Part shown: positions 19,535 through 29,087 of the stretch, one piece after another
Layout: each line of letters opens with the position of its first letter
Numbering within the stretch: position 1 is the stretch's first letter
Assembly: GCA_031400935.1 (NCBI GenBank)
Contig: JANNQV010000015.1
Location: 1 to 64,000, forward strand
Reading direction: 5' to 3'
DNA length: 64,000 nt
DNA from: Armatimonadota bacterium
GTDB taxonomy: Bacteria > Armatimonadota > Fimbriimonadia > Fimbriimonadales > Fimbriimonadaceae
Notes under the pieces: model-generated
Database searches by the model: none
What the model saw: only the letters and a program-made list of their open reading frames with translations
Told to the model about the DNA's origin: nothing
Program-made: the position numbers and the translations under genes

Positions 19535-21043
19535 ATGAAACTGACTCGACGTGACTGCATTTATCTAATCGGAGGCGCCATTGCGGGTGCGGGCGGCGTG
19601 CTTGGTGGAAGCCTCCTAAAAGGACGTCTCTCAAGTTCAAAACAACCCGTTGTTTTGAATGTCAACGACATTCATTCTCAACTAAACCCTGCACGTTTGA
19701 AAGCAATTGAAGCACCAGAATCCCTTGAAGAACTTATCGGTGCCATTCGACGCGCCAGTCGGCAAAAGGACAAGATTTGTATTTCGGGCTCTAGGCACGC
19801 CATGGGCGGCCAACAATTTGCAAACGATGCAGTAATGATTGACACCAGAGGGATGAAATCCATAATGGACCTCGATACCAAGAGCGGGCTCGTAATGGTG
19901 GAAGCAGGAATCGAATGGCCTGACCTAGTCACCGAATTGCACGCTAGACAGAAGGGCCTTGAAAACCCATGGACCATACGTTGCAAACAAACTGGTGCCG
20001 ATAAACTGACGCTTGGCGGCGCCATCGCCGCAAACGCTCATGGAAGGACTCTTAGCCATCCGCCAATGAGCGCCGACATTGAAGAGTTTCTCTTGGTGAA
20101 TGCAGATGGTGACGCCCTTCGATGCAGCCGTAGTCGGAACCAAGAGCTATTCAGCTTGGCATTAGGCGGGTATGGGTTGTTTGGCGTTGTGCATTCGGTA
20201 ACGTATCGCTTGGAACGCCGCCACAAACTTGAACGAACGGTCGAAATGGTCCGTGCATCTGACGTCATCAAGAAATTTGACCAGCGAATAAAGGACGGCT
20301 ACACACTAGGCGATTGGCAATACGCCGTTGATGAGGAATCAAATGACTTTCTTGATTTAGGTGTGTTCTCGTGTTACAAACCCGTTGAATTACACACCCC
20401 GATCAAAGATGATCAAGTAACTGTCTCGGACAAGGCTTGGCAGGAGCTTGTGTATCTGGCGCATACCGACAAGACCAAAGCTTTCAAGCTCTATTCGGAC
20501 TTCTATCTTAAGTCTTCTGGCCAGATCTACTGGTCAGACACATCGCAGATTGGCGGATACGACGAGGACTACCACAAGGATACTGATCGGAGAATGGGAG
20601 TCACCGTTCCGAGCACAGAAATGATCACAGAAATTGACGTTCCGAGGGATCGCCTTGCTGACTTTCTGGCAGCGGCATCGGAACGCATTCGAAAGCTTGG
20701 CGCCCAAGTGATCTACGGAACTGTTCGGCTGGTAGAAAAAGACACGGATTCACTCCTTGCATGGGCGAAACAGCCATATGCTTGCGTGATTTTCAACTTG
20801 CACGTGGAACATTCAGACGAGAAAATCAAATCTGCCGCAGAAGCTTTCAAGATGCTGATAGACTTAGCCATCGAACGAGACGGAAGTTATTACCTTACGT
20901 ATCACCGTTGGGCAGATAGGGAGCAGGTGCTGTCGTGTTATCCTCAGTTTCCTGAGTTCCTTAATAAGAAAAAACATTACGACCCCAATGGGCTGTTTCA
21001 AAGCGAATGGCTTCGTCATTACGAGAAGATGTTTGCTTCCTGA
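19535..21043 (+). CDS. FAD-binding oxidoreductase (VAO/PCMH family) with a Tat-like signal
   Basis: TRRD N-terminus; GSRHAMGGQ, TLGGAIAANAHGR, GGYGLFG and YDPNGLFQS. Confidence 0.85.
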   Translation: MKLTRRDCIYLIGGAIAGAGGVLGGSLLKGRLSSSKQPVVLNVNDIHSQLNPARLKAIEAPESLEELIGAIRRASRQKDKICISGSRHAMGGQQFANDAVMIDTRGMKSIMDLDTKSGLVMVEAGIEWPDLVTELHARQKGLENPWTIRCKQTGADKLTLGGAIAANAHGRTLSHPPMSADIEEFLLVNADGDALRCSRSRNQELFSLALGGYGLFGVVHSVTYRLERRHKLERTVEMVRASDVIKKFDQRIKDGYTLGDWQYAVDEESNDFLDLGVFSCYKPVELHTPIKDDQVTVSDKAWQELVYLAHTDKTKAFKLYSDFYLKSSGQIYWSDTSQIGGYDEDYHKDTDRRMGVTVPSTEMITEIDVPRDRLADFLAAASERIRKLGAQVIYGTVRLVEKDTDSLLAWAKQPYACVIFNLHVEHSDEKIKSAAEAFKMLIDLAIERDGSYYLTYHRWADREQVLSCYPQFPEFLNKKKHYDPNGLFQSEWLRHYEKMFAS

Positions 21044-21066
21044 GCACGACGTTCGGCGGTCAATCG

Positions 21067-22425
21067 TTAGTCAAAAAAACCTATCGCTTCTCGCTCCTGC
21101 TTGAGCTTCACAAGCTCCTTCACATGCTTTTGATACACCGTCGAGATTTTTGCAATTGCCTTCAAATCAGCATCAGCAAGTTTTGAGTACTGATTCACCC
21201 TCGCTTTAGCAGTGGCATAGCTTAAGCCCGTGTACATCAGGTTCGAATAGACTTCGAAATTCGTAATCGCCAACTTCAGCACGGGCGTTTGAACGAACAC
21301 GCCTAAACAAGCGGTCAAAGCTTCCCAGTACTGCTGCTTCGTGGTGGAATCGTACGCCGCTGCCATGTCTCGGAGCAGGCTCAGCTGTTCGAGCATTTCC
21401 TTTGTGCGCTTGATGGATGGCACGGAATTCGGAGCGTCGAACCAGCCTTTCAACACTTTTTTTGCGTCGGCAGGGCGAACTCCGTGCTTAATCAATAGCG
21501 CCTTCACCGTTTTCAACTGGCTTCTTGCCGCCAATTCTCGTGCGCCGACTTTTGAAATCGCCCCATCGAGGCAAAGTCCAATCGCCTTGTCAATCGCCGC
21601 CATTCGGCCGTCTTCTCGGGCTTGGTCGGCGTCTTTAGCCATCGCTTCGACATCAGCATGAAGGCCGGGCACTTTGTCTTTGTAATATTCGAGCGCTTTG
21701 CGATCTCGCTTAATCTGCTCCTGCATATCAGCGATCTTCTTGTCAAATTCAGCGCGTTTGAGAGCGGGTTCCGCCTTGGCAACATATGACGAACAATCTC
21801 CCTTCCAGTCGAGGTATGCAGTTTGCATCGAATTTGTAAGAGAAGTTCTGATCTCTTTCAACGCTTCAGTTTCGGCGATGTATCTTCCCCTCCATTCCTC
21901 AATCCTTGCATGCCACGCCATTAACCTTGCGTGCCACGCCTTTAGCATCGCTAATTTCGGATCGTCCTCTTTATATGTGCCCCCTCCACCTGCCGCAATA
22001 TATGCAGCGCTATCGTCTTTGTAGCGTTGTAGCTCAGGATCGTAATCAGAACGGTCTTTGTTGTGCTTGTCTTGGCGCTCTTGATAAACAGCGATTGGAA
22101 CAGAGTACTGATGATTTCCTGATGAAAAAGAGTTCTTAGTGGATTCCAATCTACTGAAAAGAAAAGTAAGTGTTGGCTTTTCAGTGTTTGTCTGAGGCAA
22201 CAAATCTACCTTTGGTGCCAGAGACTTCGCCAAAGTCCATTCTTGGGGATCGGCTCCTTTGAACGGAATTTCGATTTGGGCAATCAAAAGCGAATGCGCC
22301 AATGCAAGCAATGCAACGACTGCAATGAACTTATGTGCAACCACAGCGTGGCGAGCCATTAATGATGATGCGATGGCATAAATAAGAGACAAAAGTCGGG
22401 AGGCATTTCGAATTACCATATTCAT
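21067..22425 (-). CDS. Secreted coiled-coil hypothetical protein (start uncertain)
   Basis: 452 aa ORF, hydrophobic N-terminus and extended helical heptads. Confidence 0.6.
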   Translation of the reverse strand: MNMVIRNASRLLSLIYAIASSLMARHAVVAHKFIAVVALLALAHSLLIAQIEIPFKGADPQEWTLAKSLAPKVDLLPQTNTEKPTLTFLFSRLESTKNSFSSGNHQYSVPIAVYQERQDKHNKDRSDYDPELQRYKDDSAAYIAAGGGGTYKEDDPKLAMLKAWHARLMAWHARIEEWRGRYIAETEALKEIRTSLTNSMQTAYLDWKGDCSSYVAKAEPALKRAEFDKKIADMQEQIKRDRKALEYYKDKVPGLHADVEAMAKDADQAREDGRMAAIDKAIGLCLDGAISKVGARELAARSQLKTVKALLIKHGVRPADAKKVLKGWFDAPNSVPSIKRTKEMLEQLSLLRDMAAAYDSTTKQQYWEALTACLGVFVQTPVLKLAITNFEVYSNLMYTGLSYATAKARVNQYSKLADADLKAIAKISTVYQKHVKELVKLKQEREAIGFFD

Positions 22426-22532
22426 ATTATATGTTAGCTTTGGTCAAACAGGAGACTTTGGTCAATCTGGGACAGGTATGTAACTCGAAATTTTTGAATC
22501 GAAGCCGATGTTCGACCGAGTAAGCTCAAACC

Positions 22533-23474
22533 GTGCGGTCACTCTGCTCGCGAGAGCAAATTCTGATAGCAGGTTTTTACGCTGCCACAAGCCTAAGCAC
22601 GGTTGCCTGGTGGATTTGGCTTTTCGCAAACCCGGACGACATCAAGACTTTCTTCGGCAATCAAGCACCGCAGCTCCTCATTCGCAGTTTTCTCCTTCCC
22701 GACCTGTTTTCGGCCATGATCGTTTCTAGCTTGCTGGCGATCGCAATTTTGAAGCAAAGGGAAGCGCTTTTCAAGTTATCTTGGGTGCATTTCGGGGCGC
22801 AAGCCTATGCGTTTTTGCTTACGCTAGGAATCGCCGTTCAAGACCCGACTGCTTACTGGGGAATGGCGCTTATGTTCTTCTCCGCAGCGTTGGCTTTTGG
22901 AGTGGCTTTGCGCCTAACCGTGCCAACCAGCTTGTGGGGGCCGTTTCGGTTTTTCACGGCAAGCGATACGGAATCACGCTCACTTTGGCTCCAAACTCTA
23001 AAACAGATCGCCTCTATGTGGACGGTTTTCTTGGTCTTGATTCCTACTGCAATTGCCATGATCGAGGCATACAGCGGGTGGAATTCATTTCACTTTCAAT
23101 TTGAATATCAGGTCGCAATTGGGCTTGCAATGGCTCTCGGATTTGGGAGCATTGGCATTTGGGCTGGGCGTCTTATGGTTGTGTCTGGCGAGGGAACACC
23201 TTTGCCAGCCCAATGCACCAGAAAATTGGTGGTTGCTGGACCGTACAAAATCTTGCGAAACCCAATGGCGGCCTGCGGAATTTCGCAGGGAATTTGCGTG
23301 GGAATCGTGTTTGGTTCGCCGTTGATCGTCATCTATTCTGTGATCGGAGGGTTCTTTTGGGAGTTGTTGGCTCGCGGCGAGGAGGAGCAATATTTGGAGT
23401 CACAGTTTGGCGAAGACTTTGTTAGTTACCGGGAGAGTGTGAGATGCTGGCTTCCATTCCGAAAAGGAGAATGA
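22533..23474 (+). CDS. Isoprenylcysteine carboxyl methyltransferase/PEMT family membrane protein
   Basis: GEGTPLP, LVVAGPYKILRNPM and EEQYLESQFGEDFVSY; multiple TM helices. Confidence 0.85.
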   Translation: MRSLCSREQILIAGFYAATSLSTVAWWIWLFANPDDIKTFFGNQAPQLLIRSFLLPDLFSAMIVSSLLAIAILKQREALFKLSWVHFGAQAYAFLLTLGIAVQDPTAYWGMALMFFSAALAFGVALRLTVPTSLWGPFRFFTASDTESRSLWLQTLKQIASMWTVFLVLIPTAIAMIEAYSGWNSFHFQFEYQVAIGLAMALGFGSIGIWAGRLMVVSGEGTPLPAQCTRKLVVAGPYKILRNPMAACGISQGICVGIVFGSPLIVIYSVIGGFFWELLARGEEEQYLESQFGEDFVSYRESVRCWLPFRKGE

Positions 23475-23521
23475 GGACACTCCATTCACCCATTTCACAG
23501 TCCCCTGGGTAATCTCGCCAC

Positions 23522-24001
23522 ATGAAACTTGCTTTAGCTTTTCTTTTTGCGTTCACAGTGGTTTCGTCCGTTGCTATGGCTCAGGGCACCGCAACCACGC
23601 CCGCCCAAGCTGAGCACGCAAAATTCGATCCTAAGCGCGACGCGGCAAAGGACATTTCAGACGCAGTCAAAGCCGCTAAAAAGAAGAACAAGCGAATCTT
23701 GTTAGACGTTGGAGGCGAATGGTGCGGGTGGTGCCACAAGCTGGATAAGTTCTTCCTCGAAAATGCCGATGCAGCGAAGATTCTAAAGGAAAGATACATC
23801 GTTGTGAAGATCAACTTCAGCCCGGAAAACAAGAACGAGGCATTGCTTTCCAAATATCCAAAGATCGTTGGATATCCCCACCTATTCGTTCTAGACAAGA
23901 ATGGAAAATTGTTGCACTCACAAGATACAGGACTGCTGGAAACGGGCGATCACCACGACCCTGCAAAGGTCATTCCGTTCCTTCAAAAGTGGGCAGGGTA
24001 G
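23522..24001 (+). CDS. Exported thioredoxin family protein
   Basis: Signal peptide; WCGWC; GYP cis-Pro motif. Confidence 0.9.
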   Translation: MKLALAFLFAFTVVSSVAMAQGTATTPAQAEHAKFDPKRDAAKDISDAVKAAKKKNKRILLDVGGEWCGWCHKLDKFFLENADAAKILKERYIVVKINFSPENKNEALLSKYPKIVGYPHLFVLDKNGKLLHSQDTGLLETGDHHDPAKVIPFLQKWAG

Positions 24002-24029
24002 TCTGCTTTCCGCTCTCCGCACACCATTC

Positions 24030-25544
24030 TTACTCAACCCTCTCCCGATATTGAACCGCTTCGCTCAAATGCACTTTCGCCACCTCATCGTGCCCAGCCA
24101 TATCGGCGATGGTCCGGCCGACCTTCAATATCCGGTCAAAAACCCTTGCCGAAATGTTCATCCGGTTCATCACCAGCCGCATGAACTCCTTACATTCGTC
24201 AGTCAGGGGAATAAGTTCTCGAATCTCTCGTGGGCTCATTTTTGAATTCAATTTGCCATTTCCAAGCCGAGCATATTGCGCCTCGCGAGTTTTGCAAACC
24301 CGTTCCCGAATGGTCTCGCTAGATTCTCCATCCGCCGCTGCCAGAAGCTCTTCCGGCTTCAATCTGGGCACTTCGATATGCAGGTCAATTCGGTCTAAAA
24401 GCGGGCCGCTGATCTTGCCCGCATAGCGCGCGCAAAGCGTCGGATTGCTGATGCACCGCTGTTCAGGCAAACCCTTGAATCCGCATGGGCAAGGGTTCAT
24501 CGCGCCGACCAGCATGAATTCCGCCGGAAAGCACATGGAAGAATGAACCCGCGAAACGGTCACAACATTGTCCTCTAGCGGTTGCCTCAATGCCTCCAAA
24601 ACCGAGCGGTCGAACTCAGGCATTTCATCGAAAAACAGAACGCCCTTGTGCGCCAAGCTCACTTCGCCGGGCTTGGGAACTTTGCCTCCGCCAACCACTG
24701 CTGCATGGCTCGCGGAATGGTGCGGAGGACGAAACGGCCGTTCCCAAATCAGGCCTTGGCGATTACCCATTTGCCCCGAGCTTGAATAGATTCGCGTGAC
24801 TTCGATACTCTCCTGTAAGGTCAGTTGCGGCATGATCGTTGGCAGCCTTCGGGCAAGCATGGTTTTGCCTGAACCAGGCGGGCCGACCATGAGAATGTTG
24901 TGCCCACCTCCAGCCGAAATCTCTAAAGCGCGAACCGCGTGGCGCTGCCCTTTCACGTCGGAATAGTCGAACTCGTAGTGCGGAAGCATCGAAGCCTCGT
25001 CCAGCGATAACCTAACTGGCTGAATGCTCGGATCGCCGTTCAACAGGTGGACTACATCGAGCAGAGAATCCATTCCATAGACGTCGATATCCGGCGCAAC
25101 TGCGGCTTCCGAAGCGTTCGCTTTTGGGAGAATGAGCCGCTTGAATCCCATTTCTGCCGCCATAAGCGCAACGCTCACTGCGCCGTTGATCGGTCGCAGG
25201 TTTCCATCGAGTCCAAGTTCGCCGAGCAAGAGTGTGTTTTCGAGTTCGCTTGCGACCACTTGCCCAGTTGCTGCAAGCACTGCAACGGCGATAGGTAAAT
25301 CGAGAAATGGCCCTTCCTTTCGAACGTCGCCAGGTGCCAAATTGCAAATGAACATCATGCATGGCAAGTTGAAATCGCAATTCTGAATCGCGCTGCGAAC
25401 GCGGACGTTCGATTCGTTCACTGCTTGGTCGGGCAAACCTACGATGATAAACTTGGACTCGGAAGCACCCTTGACATGTAGTTCAACAACGACGGGCACA
25501 GCCTCAATTCCAGATAGGGTGGCTGCATGCGCCTTGGCGACCAT
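24030..25544 (-). CDS. comM: YifB/ComM family Mg-chelatase-like AAA+ ATPase
   Basis: IVGLPD, GPPGSGKTMLA, PGEVSLAH, AMNPCPCG and SGPLLDRID; start MVAK at 25544. Confidence 0.92.
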   Translation of the reverse strand: MVAKAHAATLSGIEAVPVVVELHVKGASESKFIIVGLPDQAVNESNVRVRSAIQNCDFNLPCMMFICNLAPGDVRKEGPFLDLPIAVAVLAATGQVVASELENTLLLGELGLDGNLRPINGAVSVALMAAEMGFKRLILPKANASEAAVAPDIDVYGMDSLLDVVHLLNGDPSIQPVRLSLDEASMLPHYEFDYSDVKGQRHAVRALEISAGGGHNILMVGPPGSGKTMLARRLPTIMPQLTLQESIEVTRIYSSSGQMGNRQGLIWERPFRPPHHSASHAAVVGGGKVPKPGEVSLAHKGVLFFDEMPEFDRSVLEALRQPLEDNVVTVSRVHSSMCFPAEFMLVGAMNPCPCGFKGLPEQRCISNPTLCARYAGKISGPLLDRIDLHIEVPRLKPEELLAAADGESSETIRERVCKTREAQYARLGNGKLNSKMSPREIRELIPLTDECKEFMRLVMNRMNISARVFDRILKVGRTIADMAGHDEVAKVHLSEAVQYRERVE

Positions 25545-25593
25545 TCTATTGGGATTCGGGGTGGCGGTTCGTTTATCCTGCTGGAAGTCCCAA

Positions 25594-25673
25594 TCCCCCT
25601 CCTTTTTGCGAACATGCTGAAGCTGCCGCCTCTCAGGTTTGGAAAGCAAAGAGGAGGAGGTCAGGAGGTGGAG
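25594..25673. repeat. REP-like palindrome with a long spacer
   Basis: CCCCCTCCTTTTTGC...GCAAAGAGGAGGAGG followed by TCAGGAGGTGGAG; same layout as the 11619 copy. Confidence 0.55.
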
Positions 25674-26528
25674 TTATTTTTGTAGCAATTCTTGATGGCT
25701 TCCGAGCCACGTGATAAAAGCAGAGCAAGCCACCAACATAAACGCAGCATCATCTACTGTTGCATTGACCTCCGGCTCTCCATTTAAATCTAGAATTCCC
25801 TCTTCGTCGCTTGAGTAGACAAAGAGTTTCTCAAGAGCTGACTTCAGGTTAGGATTTAGATTTCTCTTTTTCGTTAGCGCAACCAAGGCTGCAGGAAGAG
25901 AAGCTTTCTCATTTCCGGACATACCTTGACATTGCTTCTCGACAGCACTAACGGCTTCAAGAATGACCTGTTCTGGCGAGTAGTCTTTGAGGTGTCGAAA
26001 CTTCAAAATGGCGTCAACAATGTGGTCTCTTGCACCCTCAGTCGTACTGCTTGCAGTGGCGGCTTGTTCAATCGCATCCATTTGATCAATTTCAAAAGAC
26101 GGAATAAGTCCGATTCCTTGCCGAACTCGCCATGCCACGCCTTCTTCCTCTAGTACGGTGTTGACGTTGCGGCAAATCGTCTTAGCCGAGAGCGATCCCC
26201 CGCCTTGCACGTACACCCTTTCGTCGCTCTCTAAGTACTTAAATCGCAAATCAATCAGGTCGAACACCGCACTTGTTTGCAATGTTGGCCAATTCTTTTG
26301 AATCCATTCACGAGCTTCGAAGTCTTTTTTCGGCCACTGTTCCTTAGGCATCTTCAAGACTCGATCAAAGAAACGGAAATAGGTTTGAGAAAGGCTTTCC
26401 ATCTTTGCCGGAAGGCAAACGCCAAACCAAGTCCAAAGCCGGTTCTTCGTTCCATCTTCAAGCGAAGTACGTTGCAATGACTCTCGCGCACTTTGAAGCC
26501 CATGTTTCTCAGAGAATAGTTCGCTCAT
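25674..26528 (-). CDS. AbiJ-NTD4-like protein with a degenerate HEPN-type C-terminus
   Basis: N-terminal FSEKHG...Q...L...KNRLW; C-terminal KLFVYSSDEEGILD...AAFMLVACSAFITWL. Confidence 0.6.
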   Translation of the reverse strand: MSELFSEKHGLQSARESLQRTSLEDGTKNRLWTWFGVCLPAKMESLSQTYFRFFDRVLKMPKEQWPKKDFEAREWIQKNWPTLQTSAVFDLIDLRFKYLESDERVYVQGGGSLSAKTICRNVNTVLEEEGVAWRVRQGIGLIPSFEIDQMDAIEQAATASSTTEGARDHIVDAILKFRHLKDYSPEQVILEAVSAVEKQCQGMSGNEKASLPAALVALTKKRNLNPNLKSALEKLFVYSSDEEGILDLNGEPEVNATVDDAAFMLVACSAFITWLGSHQELLQK

Positions 26529-26614
26529 CTAAACTAATTGTACTAGCGGACGAATGAAAACGCCTAGCCAATCCCCAAGTATTCCCAGCAACTTGTCAAA
26601 AACTCTCTAGCAAC

Positions 26615-26634
26615 CGTTCCAAATAGTTGGAACG
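26615..26634. promoter_or_regulatory. Palindrome upstream of acr3, possible operator
   Basis: CGTTCCAA-atag-TTGGAACG. Confidence 0.45.
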
Positions 26635-26712
26635 TCGGATCAGACATACAAATCCTTAACAGAAATCAGTTAGCATGTACTTTGTTGGAGTCGGTATTCT
26701 CAGTTACGAGCT

Positions 26713-27789
26713 ATGAGTGTTTTCGAGCGATTTCTAACCATCTGGGTCTTCTTGTGCATTGCAGTTGGAGTTGTGCTTGGGCACCTGATTCCTGCCCCGT
26801 TTCAGGCGATTGGCGGACTTGAAATTGCCAAAGTCAATATTCCAGTAGCAGTTCTCATTTGGCTGATGATCGTTCCCATGCTGTTGAGAATTGATTTTGC
26901 ATCCCTGAAAAAGGTCGGGCGATTCTACAAAGGAACGGGGGTCACACTCTTTGTGAACTGGCTCGTGAAACCGTTCTCCATGGCACTTTTTGGATGGCTA
27001 TTCATCTCGGTGCTGTTTCGGCAATGGCTTCCAGCCGATCAAATTGACTCCTATCGCGCTGGGCTGATTTTGCTGGCGGCAGCACCTTGCACCGCCATGG
27101 TATTCGTTTGGAGCAATCTTTCACGTGGTGAACCGACCTTCACACTAACGCAAGTCGCTTTGAACGACATAGTCATGATTTTTGCCTTTGGCCCAATCGT
27201 TGGGCTGCTTTTGGGTCTTTCCTCAATTACAGTTCCGTGGGCAACGCTTTTCTTTTCGGTAGTTATCTTTATCGTTTTTCCTGTCTTAGTTTCGCAGATT
27301 TGGCGGACAATTCAACTTCGATCAAGTGGGGAGGCGAGCCTGTTGCGAACGATCGGCAGCCTGAATAAGGTATCGCTGATCGCGCTACTGACCACTCTAG
27401 TTTTGCTCTTTGGATTCCAGGGCGAAATGATCCTTTCTCAGCCACTTGTGATCGCCCTGCTTGCGGTTCCGATTTTGATCCAAGTTCTTATGAATTCCGG
27501 CCTTGCTTATCTGCTGAACAGGGCAGTAGGGTCGCCTCATTGCGTAGCAGGTCCGAGTTGCCGCATCGGTGCGAGCAATTTCTTTGAACTTGCTGTTGCA
27601 ACGGCAATTTCCCTTTTTGGATTTCGATCGGGTGCGGCTCTTGCTACAGTTGTCGGGGTGCTGATCGAAGTCCCAGTGATGCTCCTTGTTGTTCGCTACG
27701 TGAACCGGACTCAATTTTGGTATGAAAAGCGGAAAGGCATCCAGAGCTACGGTGAATGCTGCCCTGAGATGGAAGCCTTGGTAGCCTAG
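26713..27789 (+). CDS. acr3: ACR3 family arsenite efflux transporter
   Basis: FERFLTIWV, NWLVKPFSM, AAPCTAMVFVW, GASNFFELAVA and GVLIEVPVM. Confidence 0.95.
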   Translation: MSVFERFLTIWVFLCIAVGVVLGHLIPAPFQAIGGLEIAKVNIPVAVLIWLMIVPMLLRIDFASLKKVGRFYKGTGVTLFVNWLVKPFSMALFGWLFISVLFRQWLPADQIDSYRAGLILLAAAPCTAMVFVWSNLSRGEPTFTLTQVALNDIVMIFAFGPIVGLLLGLSSITVPWATLFFSVVIFIVFPVLVSQIWRTIQLRSSGEASLLRTIGSLNKVSLIALLTTLVLLFGFQGEMILSQPLVIALLAVPILIQVLMNSGLAYLLNRAVGSPHCVAGPSCRIGASNFFELAVATAISLFGFRSGAALATVVGVLIEVPVMLLVVRYVNRTQFWYEKRKGIQSYGECCPEMEALVA

Positions 27790-28193
27790 GACAATCGCGA
27801 CAGCAAGTCGTCCACGCGCCCTTTTATTTCATCGCGAATGTCGCGAAATGCACTCAGAACTTCAGCTTCTGTGCCAGAAGCGGCGGCGGGATCAGGCAAG
27901 TTCCAGGCTTCCGTTTTAGCTCCAGGAACGCTCGGACATTCTTTAGCCGCCGAACCGCAAACCGCCACGATAAGATTGATGGAATTGGGAACCTCTGCAA
28001 GGTGCTTTGGATCTGCCGAGGAAATATCAATACCGAGCTCTTTCATTGCCAAAACTGCCATTGGATGGACGGAACTTGCAGGTCGTGTTCCTGCGCTCCA
28101 GATCTCAATTTCTGAAGATGCGATGGCTTTTGCGAAGCCTTCAGCCATCTGGCTCCGGGCAGAATTCGCAGTACAAAGGAAGACAATGAGCAT
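27786..28193 (-). CDS. arsC: Arsenate reductase, thioredoxin-coupled LMW-PTP family
   Basis: CTANSARSQMAEG, second pair C..(6)..CP, and DP motif. Confidence 0.9.
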   Translation of the reverse strand: MLIVFLCTANSARSQMAEGFAKAIASSEIEIWSAGTRPASSVHPMAVLAMKELGIDISSADPKHLAEVPNSINLIVAVCGSAAKECPSVPGAKTEAWNLPDPAAASGTEAEVLSAFRDIRDEIKGRVDDLLSRLS

Positions 28194-28365
28194 GTGTCCA
28201 ATGTACCGGACGAATGAGGAAAGTGGGTACCAATCCTCGTCCTGAAGTCTGGTTCAAACTGGTTTTGGTAAGAGTTTCGTTGCTGACTCTCTCGCACATG
28301 GTTCCAGTTTTTCGCTCCTAAGTTGTAGCGCAACTCGTCTTTGCCGATACGAGAAGGAGCACACA

Positions 28366-29025
28366 ATGAAGGTTCTTGCAGAGTTTTTGGGTTCGTTTTT
28401 ATTTATGAGCGTGATCGCCCTAATGGCGCCATCGGGCAGCCCGTTCACCCCGATTGTGGTGGGACTGGGGCTGATGTGCGCGGTGTATTTTGGCGGGCAT
28501 GTATCAGGCGCGCACTTCAACCCCGCCGTTTCTTTGGCGGTATGGATGCAGAAGAAGATGGAGTTCAAAGACTTCCTCGCCTATGTGGTCGCGCAGATTT
28601 TGGGGGCTTGCGCTGCGTTTGGCTTTGGCGGATGGATAACTGGCGCTTCGGGCGGAATCAAGCCCGGTTTGAACCCGGTTACTGCTGCCGACTTTACGAC
28701 AACGCAGGCTTTGGCAGTCGAAATCTTCTTTACGATGTTCCTTGCACTGGTCGTTTTGCATACGGCAGTGAACAAGAAAGTGGCGGGCAACAGTTATTAC
28801 GGACTGGCGATTGGAAGCACGATTGCCGTTGCGGCTTCGGCTGGCGGATGGATTTCGGGCGGGGCATTTAACCCTGCCGTAGGAGTCGGCGCGACTGCGA
28901 TGGGCGTGATCTTTGAAAGCCGAAGTTGGGATCATGTGTTGATCTACATCCTTGGGCCGCTGCTTGGGGGAGCGTTGGCTTCAACGATTTATGGGATTCA
29001 AACTGTGGGGGATGAGGGGACATAG
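28366..29025 (+). CDS. MIP family aquaporin
   Basis: SGAHFNPAVS and SGGAFNPAVG NPA boxes; AEFLG. Confidence 0.92.
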   Translation: MKVLAEFLGSFLFMSVIALMAPSGSPFTPIVVGLGLMCAVYFGGHVSGAHFNPAVSLAVWMQKKMEFKDFLAYVVAQILGACAAFGFGGWITGASGGIKPGLNPVTAADFTTTQALAVEIFFTMFLALVVLHTAVNKKVAGNSYYGLAIGSTIAVAASAGGWISGGAFNPAVGVGATAMGVIFESRSWDHVLIYILGPLLGGALASTIYGIQTVGDEGT

Positions 29026-29087
29026 GGTTCAGGGTGCGGGGTATGGGGTATGGGAAATCGTTACACTAAACCCTAATCCCTAAACCC
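29022..29087. repeat. Degenerate heptamer repeats (GGGGTAT / AAACCCT types)
   Basis: agggttcagggtgcggggtatggggtatggg...taaaccctaatccctaaaccc. Confidence 0.6.
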
